DNA of 64,000 nt from Myxococcales bacterium. Lineage in GTDB: Bacteria > Myxococcota_A > UBA9042 > JABWCM01. The stretch lies in NCBI GenBank assembly GCA_013360285.1, contig JABWCM010000011.1, forward strand, positions 2,422 through 66,421. The letters are read 5' to 3'. The notes under the pieces are model-generated. The model searched no databases. It worked only from the letters and a program-made list of their open reading frames with translations, and was not told the DNA's origin. Both the position numbers and the translations under genes were made by a program. Shown here in pieces: positions 30,473 to 41,326 of the stretch. Position 1 is the first letter of the stretch. Each line of letters begins with the position of its first letter.

Positions 30473-31756
30473 TTAATGAAATTGTTCGGTTTCTGTGGAT
30501 TCGTGTAAAGCAAGTGTCGATGCCGCGCCGCCGGTAATTGTTTCGGCGATGGTGTCAAAGTAGCCGGTACCAACTTCGCGTTGATGGCGGGTGGCGGAAT
30601 AACCAGAGGTTTCCGCAGCAAATTCAGCTTGTTGTAAGGCTGAATAGGCGGTCATGCCGTGGTCTTTGTAACCTTTTGCCAATTCAAACATCCCGTAATT
30701 TAACGAATGGAATCCGGCCAGGGTCACAAACTGGAATTTGTATCCCAATTCTCCCAACTCCTTTTGAAATCGCGCAATTTGGTCGTCGGTTAAATGTTTT
30801 TTCCAGTTAAAGGACGGCGAACAATTGTACGCCAACAACTTGCCTGGAAACTTCCTGTGAACGGCATCGGCAAATCGTCGCGCTTCCTCAATGTCGGGGG
30901 TCGATGTTTCGCACCACAACAGATCGGCAAACGGTGCGTATGCCAACGCCCGTGCGATCGCGGCCTCGATTCCGCCGGCGTATCGAAAAAAACCTTCGGG
31001 AGTACGATCCGGTAACACAAACGGGCGGTCGACTTCATCCACGTCGGCGGTCAAAAGGCGGGCGCTGTTGGCGTCCGTGCGGGCGATGAGAATGGTTGGC
31101 ACACCGAGAACGTCGGCAGCGAGCCTTGCTGCAACAAGGTTACGAATAAACTGCGATGCCGGAATCAACACCTTGCCGCCCATATGGCCACATTTTTTTT
31201 CCGCGGCCAATTGATCTTCAAAATGAACGCCGGCGGCGCCCGCTTCAATCATCGCTTTCATTAACTCGTAGGCGTTGAGTGCACCGCCGAATCCGGCTTC
31301 GGCGTCCGCTACCATCGGGGCGTACCAGTCTCGCGTCACCTGTCCTTCGGAGTGTTCGATCTGGTCGGCGCGTTGTAAGGCTTGATTGATTCGTCGCACC
31401 ATTGCCGGAACACTGTTTGCGGGATACAGACTCTGGTCAGGGTACGTATGCGCCGCTAAATTACCATCGGCTGCAACCTGCCAGCCGCTTACATAAATCG
31501 CCTTGAGACCCGCACGAATCTGTTGCATAGCCTGGTTTCCGGTAATGGCTCCCAATGATGCGACGTAGGGTTCTTCGTGCATCAATTGCCAAAGGCGTGT
31601 AGCTCCACGGCGTGCCAAGGTGTGTTCAATGACTAGCGACCCTTGAAGACGTTTCACTTGTGCCTGGGAATAGGGTCGGGTGATGCCCTTCCAACGTTCG
31701 GGGTCGTTCATACTACCACGCTGTGTGTCAAATGGTTTATTTGAGGTATCGGTCAT
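30473..31756 (-). CDS. aceA: Isocitrate lyase
   Basis: Signature [29 protein letters not shown] and [11 protein letters not shown]. Confidence 0.98.
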   Translation of the reverse strand: MTDTSNKPFDTQRGSMNDPERWKGITRPYSQAQVKRLQGSLVIEHTLARRGATRLWQLMHEEPYVASLGAITGNQAMQQIRAGLKAIYVSGWQVAADGNLAAHTYPDQSLYPANSVPAMVRRINQALQRADQIEHSEGQVTRDWYAPMVADAEAGFGGALNAYELMKAMIEAGAAGVHFEDQLAAEKKCGHMGGKVLIPASQFIRNLVAARLAADVLGVPTILIARTDANSARLLTADVDEVDRPFVLPDRTPEGFFRYAGGIEAAIARALAYAPFADLLWCETSTPDIEEARRFADAVHRKFPGKLLAYNCSPSFNWKKHLTDDQIARFQKELGELGYKFQFVTLAGFHSLNYGMFELAKGYKDHGMTAYSALQQAEFAAETSGYSATRHQREVGTGYFDTIAETITGGAASTLALHESTETEQFH

Positions 31757-31799
31757 ATCTGTTCCTTTCTGAGGTTGTTGAAATCGATTGTGTATGATG

Positions 31800-33428
31800 T
31801 CACTGCTCAGTGCCCACCTTGGATTCATGGTCGAGCAATTGGTTGTAGGCAACTACGGTCAGAAATTCTGTATAGTTTTTCTCCGTAGATAGTTGCGAAA
31901 ACAGCTTTTTGGCTTCGGCAAATCGCCCCGCGGCGTAGGCTTCGTCCCCCACTTCGTTACGAATCGCGTCCATTTCTTGGTCCAAAACTTCATAAAACCA
32001 AGCCGGAGTCAATTCTTTGTCGCCGTCCAAGAATGTTCGGTGGTGTAACCACTGCCATACCTGAGTACGAGAAATTTCCGCAGTTGCTGCGTCCTCCATC
32101 AGGTTGTAAATCGGTACACATCCTGAGCCACGAAGCCAGGCTTCCAGGTATTGGACGCCGACACGAATGTTGTGCCTCAGACCGGCTTCGGTACGAAATC
32201 CGGTAGGAGGGGAGACCAGATCGGTGGCGTCGACCGCAACATCCAACCGCAACTTGTCGATCTGATTCGGCGTTTGCATATGTTGGTCGAAAATTTCCCG
32301 CGCTAAAGCCACCAATCCCGGATGTGCAACCCATGTTCCGTCGTGCCCATCCAACACCTCACGGAGTTTGTCTTCGCGCACTTTGGCCATCGCGGCCGCG
32401 TTTTTTTCCGGGTCATTTCGGATTGGAATCTGCGCTGCCATTCCACCCATTGCAAAGGTGCCACGCCGGTGACAGGTCCGAATCAACAAGGATGTATAAC
32501 TGCGAAGAAAATGCTGGGTCATGGTGACCTGGCCACGGTCGGGAAGCACCCGTTCGGGGTCATTACGTAATGTTTTGATGTAGCTAAAAATATAGTCCCA
32601 CCGGCCACAGTTCAGACCCAACGAATGATCCTTGAGTTCATATAAGATTTCGTCCATTTCAAACGCCGCAGGTAGGGTTTCAATCAGAACGGTGGCGCGG
32701 ATCGTGCCCAGCGCAATCCCCAATGCGGCTTGTGCTTTGACAAATACACTGTTCCACAATGCGGCTTCTCGGTGGCTTTGTAGTTTGGGCAAATAAAAAT
32801 AGGGCCGGCTACCACGACTTAGCAACTCCGTTGCATTGTGATAAAAGAACAGACCAAAATCGAACAACGCTCCCGGGACCGGTTTTCCGCGGACTTGCAT
32901 GTGGGATTCGACAAGATGCCAGCCACGAGGTCGAACCATCAGTGTGGCGGGTTTGGGGCCGAGCGAGTACACTTTTCCCGATTGTGGATCAGTAAACCCA
33001 ATGGTACCGCGGACGGCGTCCCGAAGGTGAACCTGGCCCAATACCACGTTGTCCCAAGTGGGTGAATTCGAATCCTCAAAGTCCGCCATGAACACGTTGG
33101 CGCCGCTGTTAAGCGCATTGATGATCATTTTTCGGTCAACCGGCCCGGTAATTTCTACGCGACGGTCGATCAAATCGGCTGGGATAGGGGCAACTCTCCA
33201 ATCCGATTCTCGGATAACGCGGGTCTCCGGCAAAAATTGGGGCAGTTCCCCGTTATCAAATCGTTTCTGTCGTAACTGCCGTGTTTCCAACAACGCCGAT
33301 ACCGCCGGCGCAAATTGCTCCACCAACATGACAACAAATTCGAGTGCCGCGGGGGTCAGGATTTCAGCTCCGATGTCTGTGCGAGGGGCTATCATGACAT
33401 TGGGCGAGGTTTCGACAAGGTTGTTCAT
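31800..33428 (-). CDS. aceB: Malate synthase A
   Basis: [27 protein letters not shown] and [12 protein letters not shown]. Confidence 0.98.
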   Translation of the reverse strand: MNNLVETSPNVMIAPRTDIGAEILTPAALEFVVMLVEQFAPAVSALLETRQLRQKRFDNGELPQFLPETRVIRESDWRVAPIPADLIDRRVEITGPVDRKMIINALNSGANVFMADFEDSNSPTWDNVVLGQVHLRDAVRGTIGFTDPQSGKVYSLGPKPATLMVRPRGWHLVESHMQVRGKPVPGALFDFGLFFYHNATELLSRGSRPYFYLPKLQSHREAALWNSVFVKAQAALGIALGTIRATVLIETLPAAFEMDEILYELKDHSLGLNCGRWDYIFSYIKTLRNDPERVLPDRGQVTMTQHFLRSYTSLLIRTCHRRGTFAMGGMAAQIPIRNDPEKNAAAMAKVREDKLREVLDGHDGTWVAHPGLVALAREIFDQHMQTPNQIDKLRLDVAVDATDLVSPPTGFRTEAGLRHNIRVGVQYLEAWLRGSGCVPIYNLMEDAATAEISRTQVWQWLHHRTFLDGDKELTPAWFYEVLDQEMDAIRNEVGDEAYAAGRFAEAKKLFSQLSTEKNYTEFLTVVAYNQLLDHESKVGTEQ

Positions 33429-33468
33429 TCCAGAAAACTCCCGAATTCCGATAAACTACGAAGGAATA

Positions 33469-33584
33469 TTGACATTATTTACAAGCCTGTCAAGCAGATG
33501 AACTGCCGATAAACCGTGGTGTTTGTAAGCAATTCATTGTAAACTATTTGTGTGAATTTGTTGATTTTGTAAATATTTGCAAAA
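33469..33584. promoter_or_regulatory. Divergent promoter region with probable RamB/ScfR-type operator sites
   Basis: AT-rich region with repeated TTTGTAA/TTTACAA units and the near-palindrome TTTTGTAAATATTTGCAAAA, between aceB and the regulator. Confidence 0.55.
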
Positions 33585-33601
33585 ATCACGAGGATCGAGT
33601 C

Positions 33602-35047
33602 ATGCAATTTGGTGCAAAAGTAAAGTCAATGAGAACCCAACGGGGAGTGACTCAGGCCCAGCTTGCCGCGGAACTTGGGATCTCGGCCAGTTACTTAAAC
33701 CTCATCGAACATGATAGGCGACCGCTCACGGCCAACGTGTTGATCAAACTTGTGAAGGCGCTGGACGTTGACCTGGCGCAGTTTGAATCGGACGTGGACG
33801 AACGTTTGGTGTTGGAACTGCAGGAAGTGTTTGGGGATTTGGCGCTGGAAAACCATGTGGTTCCCGCAGACGATATCCGGGAGTTCGCTCGCACACTTCC
33901 CGGGGTGGCGGACGCGGTGGTTGCTTTGTATCAGCGGTACCAAAACACGCAGACCTCGCTGACAACCGTCGCGTCTCAGGTGACTCACAACGACGAGTTG
34001 GTTGGCGTGGATGTTGCGCGGCTGCCGACCGAAGAAGTCAACGACTTTGTCCAGCGACATTTGAATTATTTTCCGCAGTTGGAAGAGCATGCGGAAGATT
34101 TCTGGCGAAAAGCGGACCTCGATGAAGATGATGTCTATCGGGGATTACATTGGTTTCTCGAAAAACATCTTGGAGTCCAGGTGCGTATTGATCGCTCCGG
34201 TGAAAGGGGGCATACGCTGCGGAGGTTTGATCGTACGCAACGTGTTTTGTACTTGTCGGAACTACTGCCCCCGCGAAGTCGTAACTTTCAGATGGCGCAT
34301 CAGGCCGGAATGCTGTTGCACTACGACGATATTACGCAACTTACTGACGATGTGACGTTGACAAACCCGGTGTCCCGCTCCATCGCCCGGGTTGTGTTGG
34401 CAAACTATTTTGCTGCGGCCGTTTTGATGCCGTATGACAAATTTCACGAAGCCGCAATCAAAGAACGTTATGACATTGAGTTGCTGGGACATCGGTTTCG
34501 TGCTGGTTTTGAACAGATTTGTCACCGTTTGACCACACTACGCCGTAAGGGTCGTTCAGCCATACCATTCCATATGCTACGAATCGACATCGCCGGCAAT
34601 ATCTCGAAACGGTTTAGTGCGTCGGGGATCCGCTTTGCACGATTCAGCGGCGTTTGTCCGAGATGGGACGTATGTCTGGCGTTTCTCACACCTGGAATGA
34701 TTCGGGTTCAGGTGTCGCAGATGCCGGATGGAGCCACTTTTTTTTGTGTGGCGAGGACCATTTCGAAACGCCTCGGTGGGTATCCGTCAACCGCCCCGGT
34801 CCATGCCGTGGGGTTGGGATGTGAAATCAGTCACGCGCGGCATCTTGTTTATGCCGATGGGGTTGATTTGGACAACGTGCAGGCAGCCGTTCCGGTTGGG
34901 GTGACCTGTCGGCTGTGTGACAGGCTCGATTGTGAACAGCGGGCGTTTCCGCCATTACACCATCCACTGACGGTTGATGAAGATTCGCGGGGGGTGTCAT
35001 TTTATGCGCCGACACCATCTAGTGGGAATGGGCAGCAGCCTAAATAA
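33602..35047 (+). CDS. XRE-family short-chain fatty acyl-CoA regulator (RamB/ScfR/PrpR type)
   Basis: HTH LGISASYLNLIEHDRRPLT, ANYFAAAVLMPY, CHRLTTL, D.AGNISKR and Cys motif CRLCDRLDCEQRA; divergent from aceBA. Confidence 0.92.
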   Translation: MQFGAKVKSMRTQRGVTQAQLAAELGISASYLNLIEHDRRPLTANVLIKLVKALDVDLAQFESDVDERLVLELQEVFGDLALENHVVPADDIREFARTLPGVADAVVALYQRYQNTQTSLTTVASQVTHNDELVGVDVARLPTEEVNDFVQRHLNYFPQLEEHAEDFWRKADLDEDDVYRGLHWFLEKHLGVQVRIDRSGERGHTLRRFDRTQRVLYLSELLPPRSRNFQMAHQAGMLLHYDDITQLTDDVTLTNPVSRSIARVVLANYFAAAVLMPYDKFHEAAIKERYDIELLGHRFRAGFEQICHRLTTLRRKGRSAIPFHMLRIDIAGNISKRFSASGIRFARFSGVCPRWDVCLAFLTPGMIRVQVSQMPDGATFFCVARTISKRLGGYPSTAPVHAVGLGCEISHARHLVYADGVDLDNVQAAVPVGVTCRLCDRLDCEQRAFPPLHHPLTVDEDSRGVSFYAPTPSSGNGQQPK

Positions 35048-35084
35048 GCGGGTTGTTCAGTTATATTTATTGATGCGGAGTGGA

Positions 35085-36890
35085 TCAGGGTGTGCACGGA
35101 CCCGGGGTAATCCGAAACGTTTTTGGGGAGTGTGTTGTCGGCACAACGCATTTTGGGTCCTTGGAGCGGAAATACTGTGCAATGATTTCACGAACAAGTC
35201 CGCCTCTTTCGACTACTTTGGCGCCAGTCATGGCCGGGGCCAGATGATCTCCGCCATCCAACAAGAAGTCGCTTACCACCACGCGGTAAGTGTGGTTTTC
35301 GTCGATCGGAGCGCCATCGTCCGTTACAACATGGCATAATTTATCGAGTTCCCATTCCTCGATTTTGGAGTCGCCGTTCAGGTCGGACCCAGTGGTTTTT
35401 GCCGGGTCAAAGGCGTAGCGGACGCCGGACACCTGAAGCACCCCGTGTGCGCCGGAAGAACCGATTCGCAACATGGTTTTGATTTGGTGGCCGGTCATTT
35501 CCAGCAGCACCGTTTGGTTATCAAATGGCATGACGTCGGCGACGTGGCGCCGACGGATTTTTCCCTTGGGAAGATCCGCACGCAGCCCACCTGAATTTTG
35601 AATCGCGATATCAACGTCGGGGAATGCGTGATGTAGAGCATCGGCAACCACGTTACCAAGGGGACTTTCAGTGGTGCGATTGCGGTTCAACACTTCATCG
35701 GAACATCCAACGATATCACACTGACTGCCGGCCCTCGATTCGAGGCCTTTGAGCCATTCCACAACATGGGAGTCGGGCGTCAGCGTTACACCACCCACGT
35801 CTACTGGGGCGATGTCGTATGTACCCCCGTCGCATCCAGGATCAAGTGGGCGATGAGTCAATGCCCATGGTTTATGGAGAATCGATTTGTCGGGATCGAT
35901 GCCGGAAGGACCGACAGCCAGCGTCAATCTCCCAATGATATGGCCACGACTTCGATTGGACAACACGAACGTCTTTTCGGTTCGTTGGGCGACCAACGAA
36001 TGGGTATGTCCGGCAATGATGACGTCGACAAATCCGGGAGGCAATTCGGTCAAAATTCGCCCAAGTTCACCGTCCGGCGTACACGGTTCGCCAGGTTCAA
36101 CATAACTGAACGGCTTACAGGTTCCGGTGAGATGGCCAAGTACCACGACCACGTTGGCGCCGGCGGCCCGCATTTGAGGCACATGGGTTCGTAATGTTGT
36201 GATGGGGTCTTCAAATCGTAAATCAGCCACATTTTTGGGTAGGGTTGTGGTAGGCGTTTCGGTAGTGGTTAGGCCGATAATTCCAATTTGAATACCTTTT
36301 TTCCGAATGACGGTCCAGGGCAAAATACCTTGGGGTTGATAAGGCGCCCAAACGTCGCCCTGTTGTACAGAAATGTTTGCCGTAAGCCACAAAAATGGTG
36401 CATTTTTGGCAGCGTCTTCTAGCGCTCCGCGAAGGGGATGGCCGTCGTTAAGGCCCTTTCCGTAATCAAATTCGTGGTTTCCAATCGCCGACGCATCGAC
36501 CCCCATGTAACGAAACGCTTTCACCGCAGCGGCTCCCGCGGTTTTGTTTACCGGCCAACTACCTTGAAAAACGTCGCCGGCGTCGACTACCAGCAGATCA
36601 GGGTCGTTTTTACGCAAATGGTGCAGCGCAGAAACCACCACCGGCAGTCCGCCAATGGCGAGTTCCGGTTGTCCTGCCACCCGCTCTTCATATAAACCGC
36701 CATGAAAATCGTTTAACGCGGCGATGTTCAAGTAGACCAATGGCTGTTCGCCATATGCGGAATGGGATACGCAACCACCCAATATCCCCACGACGATTAC
36801 CGCGCCGACCAGCCAGTGGCGAAATGGGGTTGAATGTGGGTCAGGTACAAACATTCCGCAGTGGTTTGCGGATAAAGAAAAATTCTGCAT
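35085..36890 (-). CDS. 5'-nucleotidase / bifunctional metallophosphatase
   Basis: NDFHG, DAGD, GNHEFDYG, AGHTH, NSGGLR and MPFDN. Confidence 0.92.
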   Translation of the reverse strand: MQNFSLSANHCGMFVPDPHSTPFRHWLVGAVIVVGILGGCVSHSAYGEQPLVYLNIAALNDFHGGLYEERVAGQPELAIGGLPVVVSALHHLRKNDPDLLVVDAGDVFQGSWPVNKTAGAAAVKAFRYMGVDASAIGNHEFDYGKGLNDGHPLRGALEDAAKNAPFLWLTANISVQQGDVWAPYQPQGILPWTVIRKKGIQIGIIGLTTTETPTTTLPKNVADLRFEDPITTLRTHVPQMRAAGANVVVVLGHLTGTCKPFSYVEPGEPCTPDGELGRILTELPPGFVDVIIAGHTHSLVAQRTEKTFVLSNRSRGHIIGRLTLAVGPSGIDPDKSILHKPWALTHRPLDPGCDGGTYDIAPVDVGGVTLTPDSHVVEWLKGLESRAGSQCDIVGCSDEVLNRNRTTESPLGNVVADALHHAFPDVDIAIQNSGGLRADLPKGKIRRRHVADVMPFDNQTVLLEMTGHQIKTMLRIGSSGAHGVLQVSGVRYAFDPAKTTGSDLNGDSKIEEWELDKLCHVVTDDGAPIDENHTYRVVVSDFLLDGGDHLAPAMTGAKVVERGGLVREIIAQYFRSKDPKCVVPTTHSPKTFRITPGPCTP

Positions 36891-36978
36891 GATTTTCCCG
36901 AAACGTCGATGTCAAAACAGGAGGCGTGGCTCCTCCGAACTTACGCCGCTTGGTAGGTCAAAACCCGAACCGTAACAA

Positions 36979-37160
36979 GAGGCTGTGAAAAAATAGCTAC
37001 GTGCCCCAATTCCGGCCGCTTTTGGCCCCAAAGGCTTCCGAAAAAGGTTTCGCAATATTCCCGATATTACTCAACTTTTTCGATATTACTCAACTTTTTC
37101 AAAGCCAACGGGGCGGAAAATCGGCTGACTTGGGTCACGTCCATATTTTTTCACAGCCTC
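36979..37160 (+). repeat. 162-bp element, copy 6, with an internal 19-bp tandem duplication
   Basis: Very similar to copy 3; CGATATTACTCAACTTTTT occurs twice in tandem. Confidence 0.88.
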
Positions 37161-37259
37161 CAAGAACATGGCGTGTCGAATTTCGGAAGTCAAGGTGTTG
37201 AAGTTGGACCAGCAGTGGCCAAAACGGGTGGGAGAAGCAAGGTTGCCGAGTGGGATGGG

Positions 37260-40079
37260 TTAGGCCGAACGACGTCGTTTGGTCACCAGGAGGACTACTA
37301 CAGCAATCATAAGTGCGAGCGGGAGGTTGCTCGGTGTTGAATTGCTCTGTGTTGAACATCCACCCCGGTCATTTGAACCGCTACCGGTTGCTCCTGAACC
37401 AGTTGGTGGAACCGACCCGCCATTGTTGGTGGCGTCGCTGGAACCGGTCGTGTCTGACGTCGTATTGGCGGTATCTGCGCCACCCGTGGTGCCTGCATCG
37501 TTGTCGCCACCGGCCGTGTCGTCGCCAGTAGTGGTGTCTGGTCCATCCGGGCTACATGCACCCTCGTGATCGACTTCCACATTCGCACATGCAGCAAGGC
37601 AGCCGTTGCTATAGGTGGTTCCGTCTTTGCCGCACACGGGTTCTTCTACAGCGGGGCATACACATTCGTCGTCACATACGCTGTTATCTTTGCAGTAGTC
37701 GCAAATATCTTCACAACAATCGCCGACGTTGCCACACTCACTATCGCATTGGCAGTTCGCGTTGTCGTCAAATTCGCCACAACGGTTTTCACAGGTGTCA
37801 GGCGATCCCGACGATACACATTTGCCTTCTTGACAATCTTCGTCCCCATCGCAGTCACCGCACGAGCCGCCACAGCCATCGTCGCCGCATTCAGCGTCTC
37901 CGCACTGCGGAACACAGGCTACAGCTTCGCATTGGAAGGCAGCAGTGCAGGTTTCGCCGCCTTCGCACGTACCGCAGGAACCTCCGCAACCGTCGTCGCC
38001 ACATTCTTTGCCATCACAAGACGGAGCACATTCCGCGGAACAGGTCCCTGCATCACAGACAGCGCCGTCAGTACAGTGACCGCATGACCCACCACAACCG
38101 TCGTCGCCGCATTCTTTACCGTTACATTGAGGGGCGCATTCACCAACACATTGCCCTTCGACACACGTTTTTGTGTTTCCGCAACTCCCACAATTTCCGC
38201 CGCATTTGTCGTCCCCACACTGTTTTCCGGAGCAATTGGGCACACAATCGGCAACACACTGGCCCGACGCGTTACACGACGATCCGCCGGCGCAGGTTCC
38301 GCAGGACCCGCCGCATCCGTCGTTACCACAAACTTTTCCTGAGCAGGAAGGCGTACAGATGGCAACACATTGCCCATTGGTGCAATTGGTGCCGGCGCCA
38401 CAGGTGCCGCAACTTCCGCCGCAACCGTCGTCGCCGCAGGTTTTGCCGGTGCAATTGGGTTTACACGTCGCTTCACATTGCCCGGCGGCATTACACGTTG
38501 TACCCGCACCGCACGTGCCGCAACTTCCACCACATCCGTTGTCGCCGCACTTTTTACCGGTGCAAGATGGTTCACATAAGCAGGCTTGGTCGTAATCTTC
38601 GCAGCAGTCGTTATATTGTTTGCACAAATCGTCGCAGTAACAGCCGGCATCCGATTGTCCACCACAGAACCCAACACAGGATTTCGGAGGGGCGTCGGGT
38701 CCACAGAATTTGCAGTCGTTACACTCACACAACCATTCGGGCCCCGAACACGGGATTGTCGCGCTGCATTCGCCAGTATAACCCCCCGCAGGCGCGGAAC
38801 ATTTGCCGCCAGAGCAGGTTCCATCGGCAATCCAAGCTTTGTAATTGCCGACCGGCAGGGTTCGGGTAATACAGTGAATGGTTCCACTGTAACTGGCGAT
38901 TTTATCGCTGATGATGCCAATGTGTTTGTAGGTGGGCATCGTCTGTTGCCACACCGCCAACGCCTCCGCTTCTGCGTCTTTCATGTCGGTATAAATAGGC
39001 CAAAGATTGACGCCGTTAACAAACGTGCTGTTAATATAAGTTCTTGGAATTCCGCCTTTTTTGCTTGGAAACGGCATCCGCACAACCTTGATCTTGCTGC
39101 CGCCGGCCACGGTTGTCGCTTCCAGTTGCAGTGCGTTGTCATCCATCCGCTTTTTGTTGGTTGCATCGGTTACGTAAGGCAACTTGTACTCGCCCATAAT
39201 CGCGGTTGTTTTGTCAACCAGCTTAAAAAACATGTCGATGTGGCCGGTTCCGTCGTCGGTGATATCTTTCATCACGATGACCTGCTTGGTACACGCAAGG
39301 TAATCCGACCAAATTTGTTGGAACTGCGTCAGCGTCATGCCTGCGTTTTGGAGTGCACGTTGCGCTGTATAACAGGTGCCTTCGCCGTCACCTTGGAAGG
39401 TGCCGCCTTCGGTGTTGACCGGCATTCGGAAGGTATTGATTTTGTAATACGCGCCCATCTGCGTTGGAATGGCGTCGTCCTCGACCCGTTGGTGGTAATA
39501 CCGGAAATCGCCAAACGCGATGTTGTCATTCATGTCAAGCAGCGGCACCGGGCCATAGTCAATATGCCAAATGGTTTCGTTTTTGATCTGATGAAAAAAC
39601 ACCATGCTGTTGATTTGTGTCTGGGTCATCCCGTTCGCCAACAACCGGTTGGTTAAGTCGGTTTTGGCCGATGCCTTTTCGTAGATGACCGCAACTTTTG
39701 TTTTGGCGTCCACCACGGTGCCCTTGACAATATCTACAATGGTTTTCGCAACCTGCGGGTCCGACGGCATGGAGTCCGAGTACGTCGTGTACAGGATCTG
39801 CATCGGTTCCCACTCGGTCATATGCCGGTAGGTGTTTGGTTTGGGAAATTCGGTGATCGCATACCACTGTGGATTTGCCGCGCGGTAGTCGTCATAAGTA
39901 TCGGCCTTGCCGGGCACTTTTTTTTCCCACGGCAATTCGTAGGCCGGCAACGTGACTTCAACTTCGGGCGTTGTTGCACCGCCGGAATTACCGTTGTCGT
40001 CGCTCTGGGGCTCCTCCGCGCCGCAGGCCAACATCAGTGTTGCCGCGCCGCATAACCAAACCAAATCTCGAATACGCAT
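37260..40079 (-). CDS. Agmatine/peptidylarginine deiminase family surface protein with Cys-rich repeats, somatomedin-B-like and Kazal-like modules, and MYXO-CTERM
   Basis: Lipobox LMLAC; EWEP, IWHIDYGP, EGG, TGHID, TYIN and GTIHC; repeated C.GK.CGDDGCGGSCG.C; PVCGKDGTTYSNGC; C-terminal GC...hydrophobic...KRRR. Confidence 0.85.
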   Translation of the reverse strand: MRIRDLVWLCGAATLMLACGAEEPQSDDNGNSGGATTPEVEVTLPAYELPWEKKVPGKADTYDDYRAANPQWYAITEFPKPNTYRHMTEWEPMQILYTTYSDSMPSDPQVAKTIVDIVKGTVVDAKTKVAVIYEKASAKTDLTNRLLANGMTQTQINSMVFFHQIKNETIWHIDYGPVPLLDMNDNIAFGDFRYYHQRVEDDAIPTQMGAYYKINTFRMPVNTEGGTFQGDGEGTCYTAQRALQNAGMTLTQFQQIWSDYLACTKQVIVMKDITDDGTGHIDMFFKLVDKTTAIMGEYKLPYVTDATNKKRMDDNALQLEATTVAGGSKIKVVRMPFPSKKGGIPRTYINSTFVNGVNLWPIYTDMKDAEAEALAVWQQTMPTYKHIGIISDKIASYSGTIHCITRTLPVGNYKAWIADGTCSGGKCSAPAGGYTGECSATIPCSGPEWLCECNDCKFCGPDAPPKSCVGFCGGQSDAGCYCDDLCKQYNDCCEDYDQACLCEPSCTGKKCGDNGCGGSCGTCGAGTTCNAAGQCEATCKPNCTGKTCGDDGCGGSCGTCGAGTNCTNGQCVAICTPSCSGKVCGNDGCGGSCGTCAGGSSCNASGQCVADCVPNCSGKQCGDDKCGGNCGSCGNTKTCVEGQCVGECAPQCNGKECGDDGCGGSCGHCTDGAVCDAGTCSAECAPSCDGKECGDDGCGGSCGTCEGGETCTAAFQCEAVACVPQCGDAECGDDGCGGSCGDCDGDEDCQEGKCVSSGSPDTCENRCGEFDDNANCQCDSECGNVGDCCEDICDYCKDNSVCDDECVCPAVEEPVCGKDGTTYSNGCLAACANVEVDHEGACSPDGPDTTTGDDTAGGDNDAGTTGGADTANTTSDTTGSSDATNNGGSVPPTGSGATGSGSNDRGGCSTQSNSTPSNLPLALMIAVVVLLVTKRRRSA

Positions 40080-40288
40080 TTTGTTCCTCCAAACACGAAA
40101 AAACCGACGCTGTACCATATAGAAACGGCGAGGGTGTTCGCAAGTGATTCCGACGCGCAATTGTGGTTTGTTTCCACTCATGTTTGGACCGCCCCAATGA
40201 TGGTACGATTTCAGAAACAAGATTACCGCCTCATGGTAAGTTAAGAGCTGCGCTTGTCGGCACGGTGTGCTCTAGCTACACTGCAACA

Positions 40289-41317
40289 ATGATTTCTCGG
40301 CGGGTCACAATATTTGTCGGGTTCTGGGTGGTGACGGGGCTTGTGGCCGGTGTCGTCGCGGGTCTTTATTACGCACTACGGCCTGACACGACTGTTAAGT
40401 TATATATCGCGTTTGATAACGTACCAGATTTGCACACCGGCGCCCCGGTTCGCTTAGGTGGTCTGCGTATTGGCACAGTAGAGTCCGCAGTGTCCCAGGC
40501 CGGAAAAGCATGCGATGCTTCGTTGGCCGAAGGCGCTCATTTGCTTGTCGCGGTGTCAGTCGACGCCAAAGAATTTCACCACATCCGGTCCGACTCACGA
40601 ATGCACATCACCACTGTAAGCCCATTGGGGGAATACTATGTGGAGGTGGACATCGGCGCCCGGGGGGCTCCTGTCAACCCCGGCGACCGGCTCTGTGGGC
40701 AACCCGGCATGAACCTGACCGCACTTTTTGACCACGCGACGCACACATTGGGTGTCTTCAACGAAGCCGGAAGTAGTATCTCGAGCCAAGTGGACTCGTT
40801 CCGGAGTAAAGTGACGGACCTCGTGTTTGTGTGGTGTGAACTTGGATGGTGCTCGGCCGAAAATTTTGCGGAATTGAACACAAAAGGTATTCGTATCGGC
40901 GAGTTATGGAAAGATTTTCAAACAAAACTGGACGAATTTTCCTTTCCCAACGTTGACGTGACCCATATTGTTGCGCAATTCACAGAGATTCGGGATACCG
41001 TGGCCCGACGTACTGCCTCATCCATGGCGGGACTACGACGGTTCGACCGCGAAATCGTTACGGAACTGTCGGAGATTGTTTCGGAACTGCAAACCCGCAC
41101 CTTGAAAATGCAAGACACGGCTCAAAGTTCCATGCTGAACACACAAAATAACCTTCGAACTCTCTCCCAACGTCTGGCTGACAAACGGTATACTCTGGGT
41201 GCTTTTGCCGCTGATTTAGAAATGCAGAATGACGTCAAGGGGTTGCAGCGCGATCTAAAAAGATATCTTCTTCGATTTATGCTGTCGGGCGGCGACGAAA
41301 GTCTTCCCGCACGATAA
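40289..41317 (+). CDS. MlaD/MCE family protein
   Basis: N-terminal TM helix, L.TGAPVRLGGLRIGTV and LGEYYVEV. Confidence 0.8.
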   Translation: MISRRVTIFVGFWVVTGLVAGVVAGLYYALRPDTTVKLYIAFDNVPDLHTGAPVRLGGLRIGTVESAVSQAGKACDASLAEGAHLLVAVSVDAKEFHHIRSDSRMHITTVSPLGEYYVEVDIGARGAPVNPGDRLCGQPGMNLTALFDHATHTLGVFNEAGSSISSQVDSFRSKVTDLVFVWCELGWCSAENFAELNTKGIRIGELWKDFQTKLDEFSFPNVDVTHIVAQFTEIRDTVARRTASSMAGLRRFDREIVTELSEIVSELQTRTLKMQDTAQSSMLNTQNNLRTLSQRLADKRYTLGAFAADLEMQNDVKGLQRDLKRYLLRFMLSGGDESLPAR

Positions 41318-41326
41318 GAAGCCGTT

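Noticed and set aside
37780-38700. Tandem CCGCA(A/G)CCGTCGTCGCC-like DNA repeats as a possible CRISPR array
   Set aside because: They encode the CGDDGCGG protein repeats of the deiminase gene and vary at synonymous positions.
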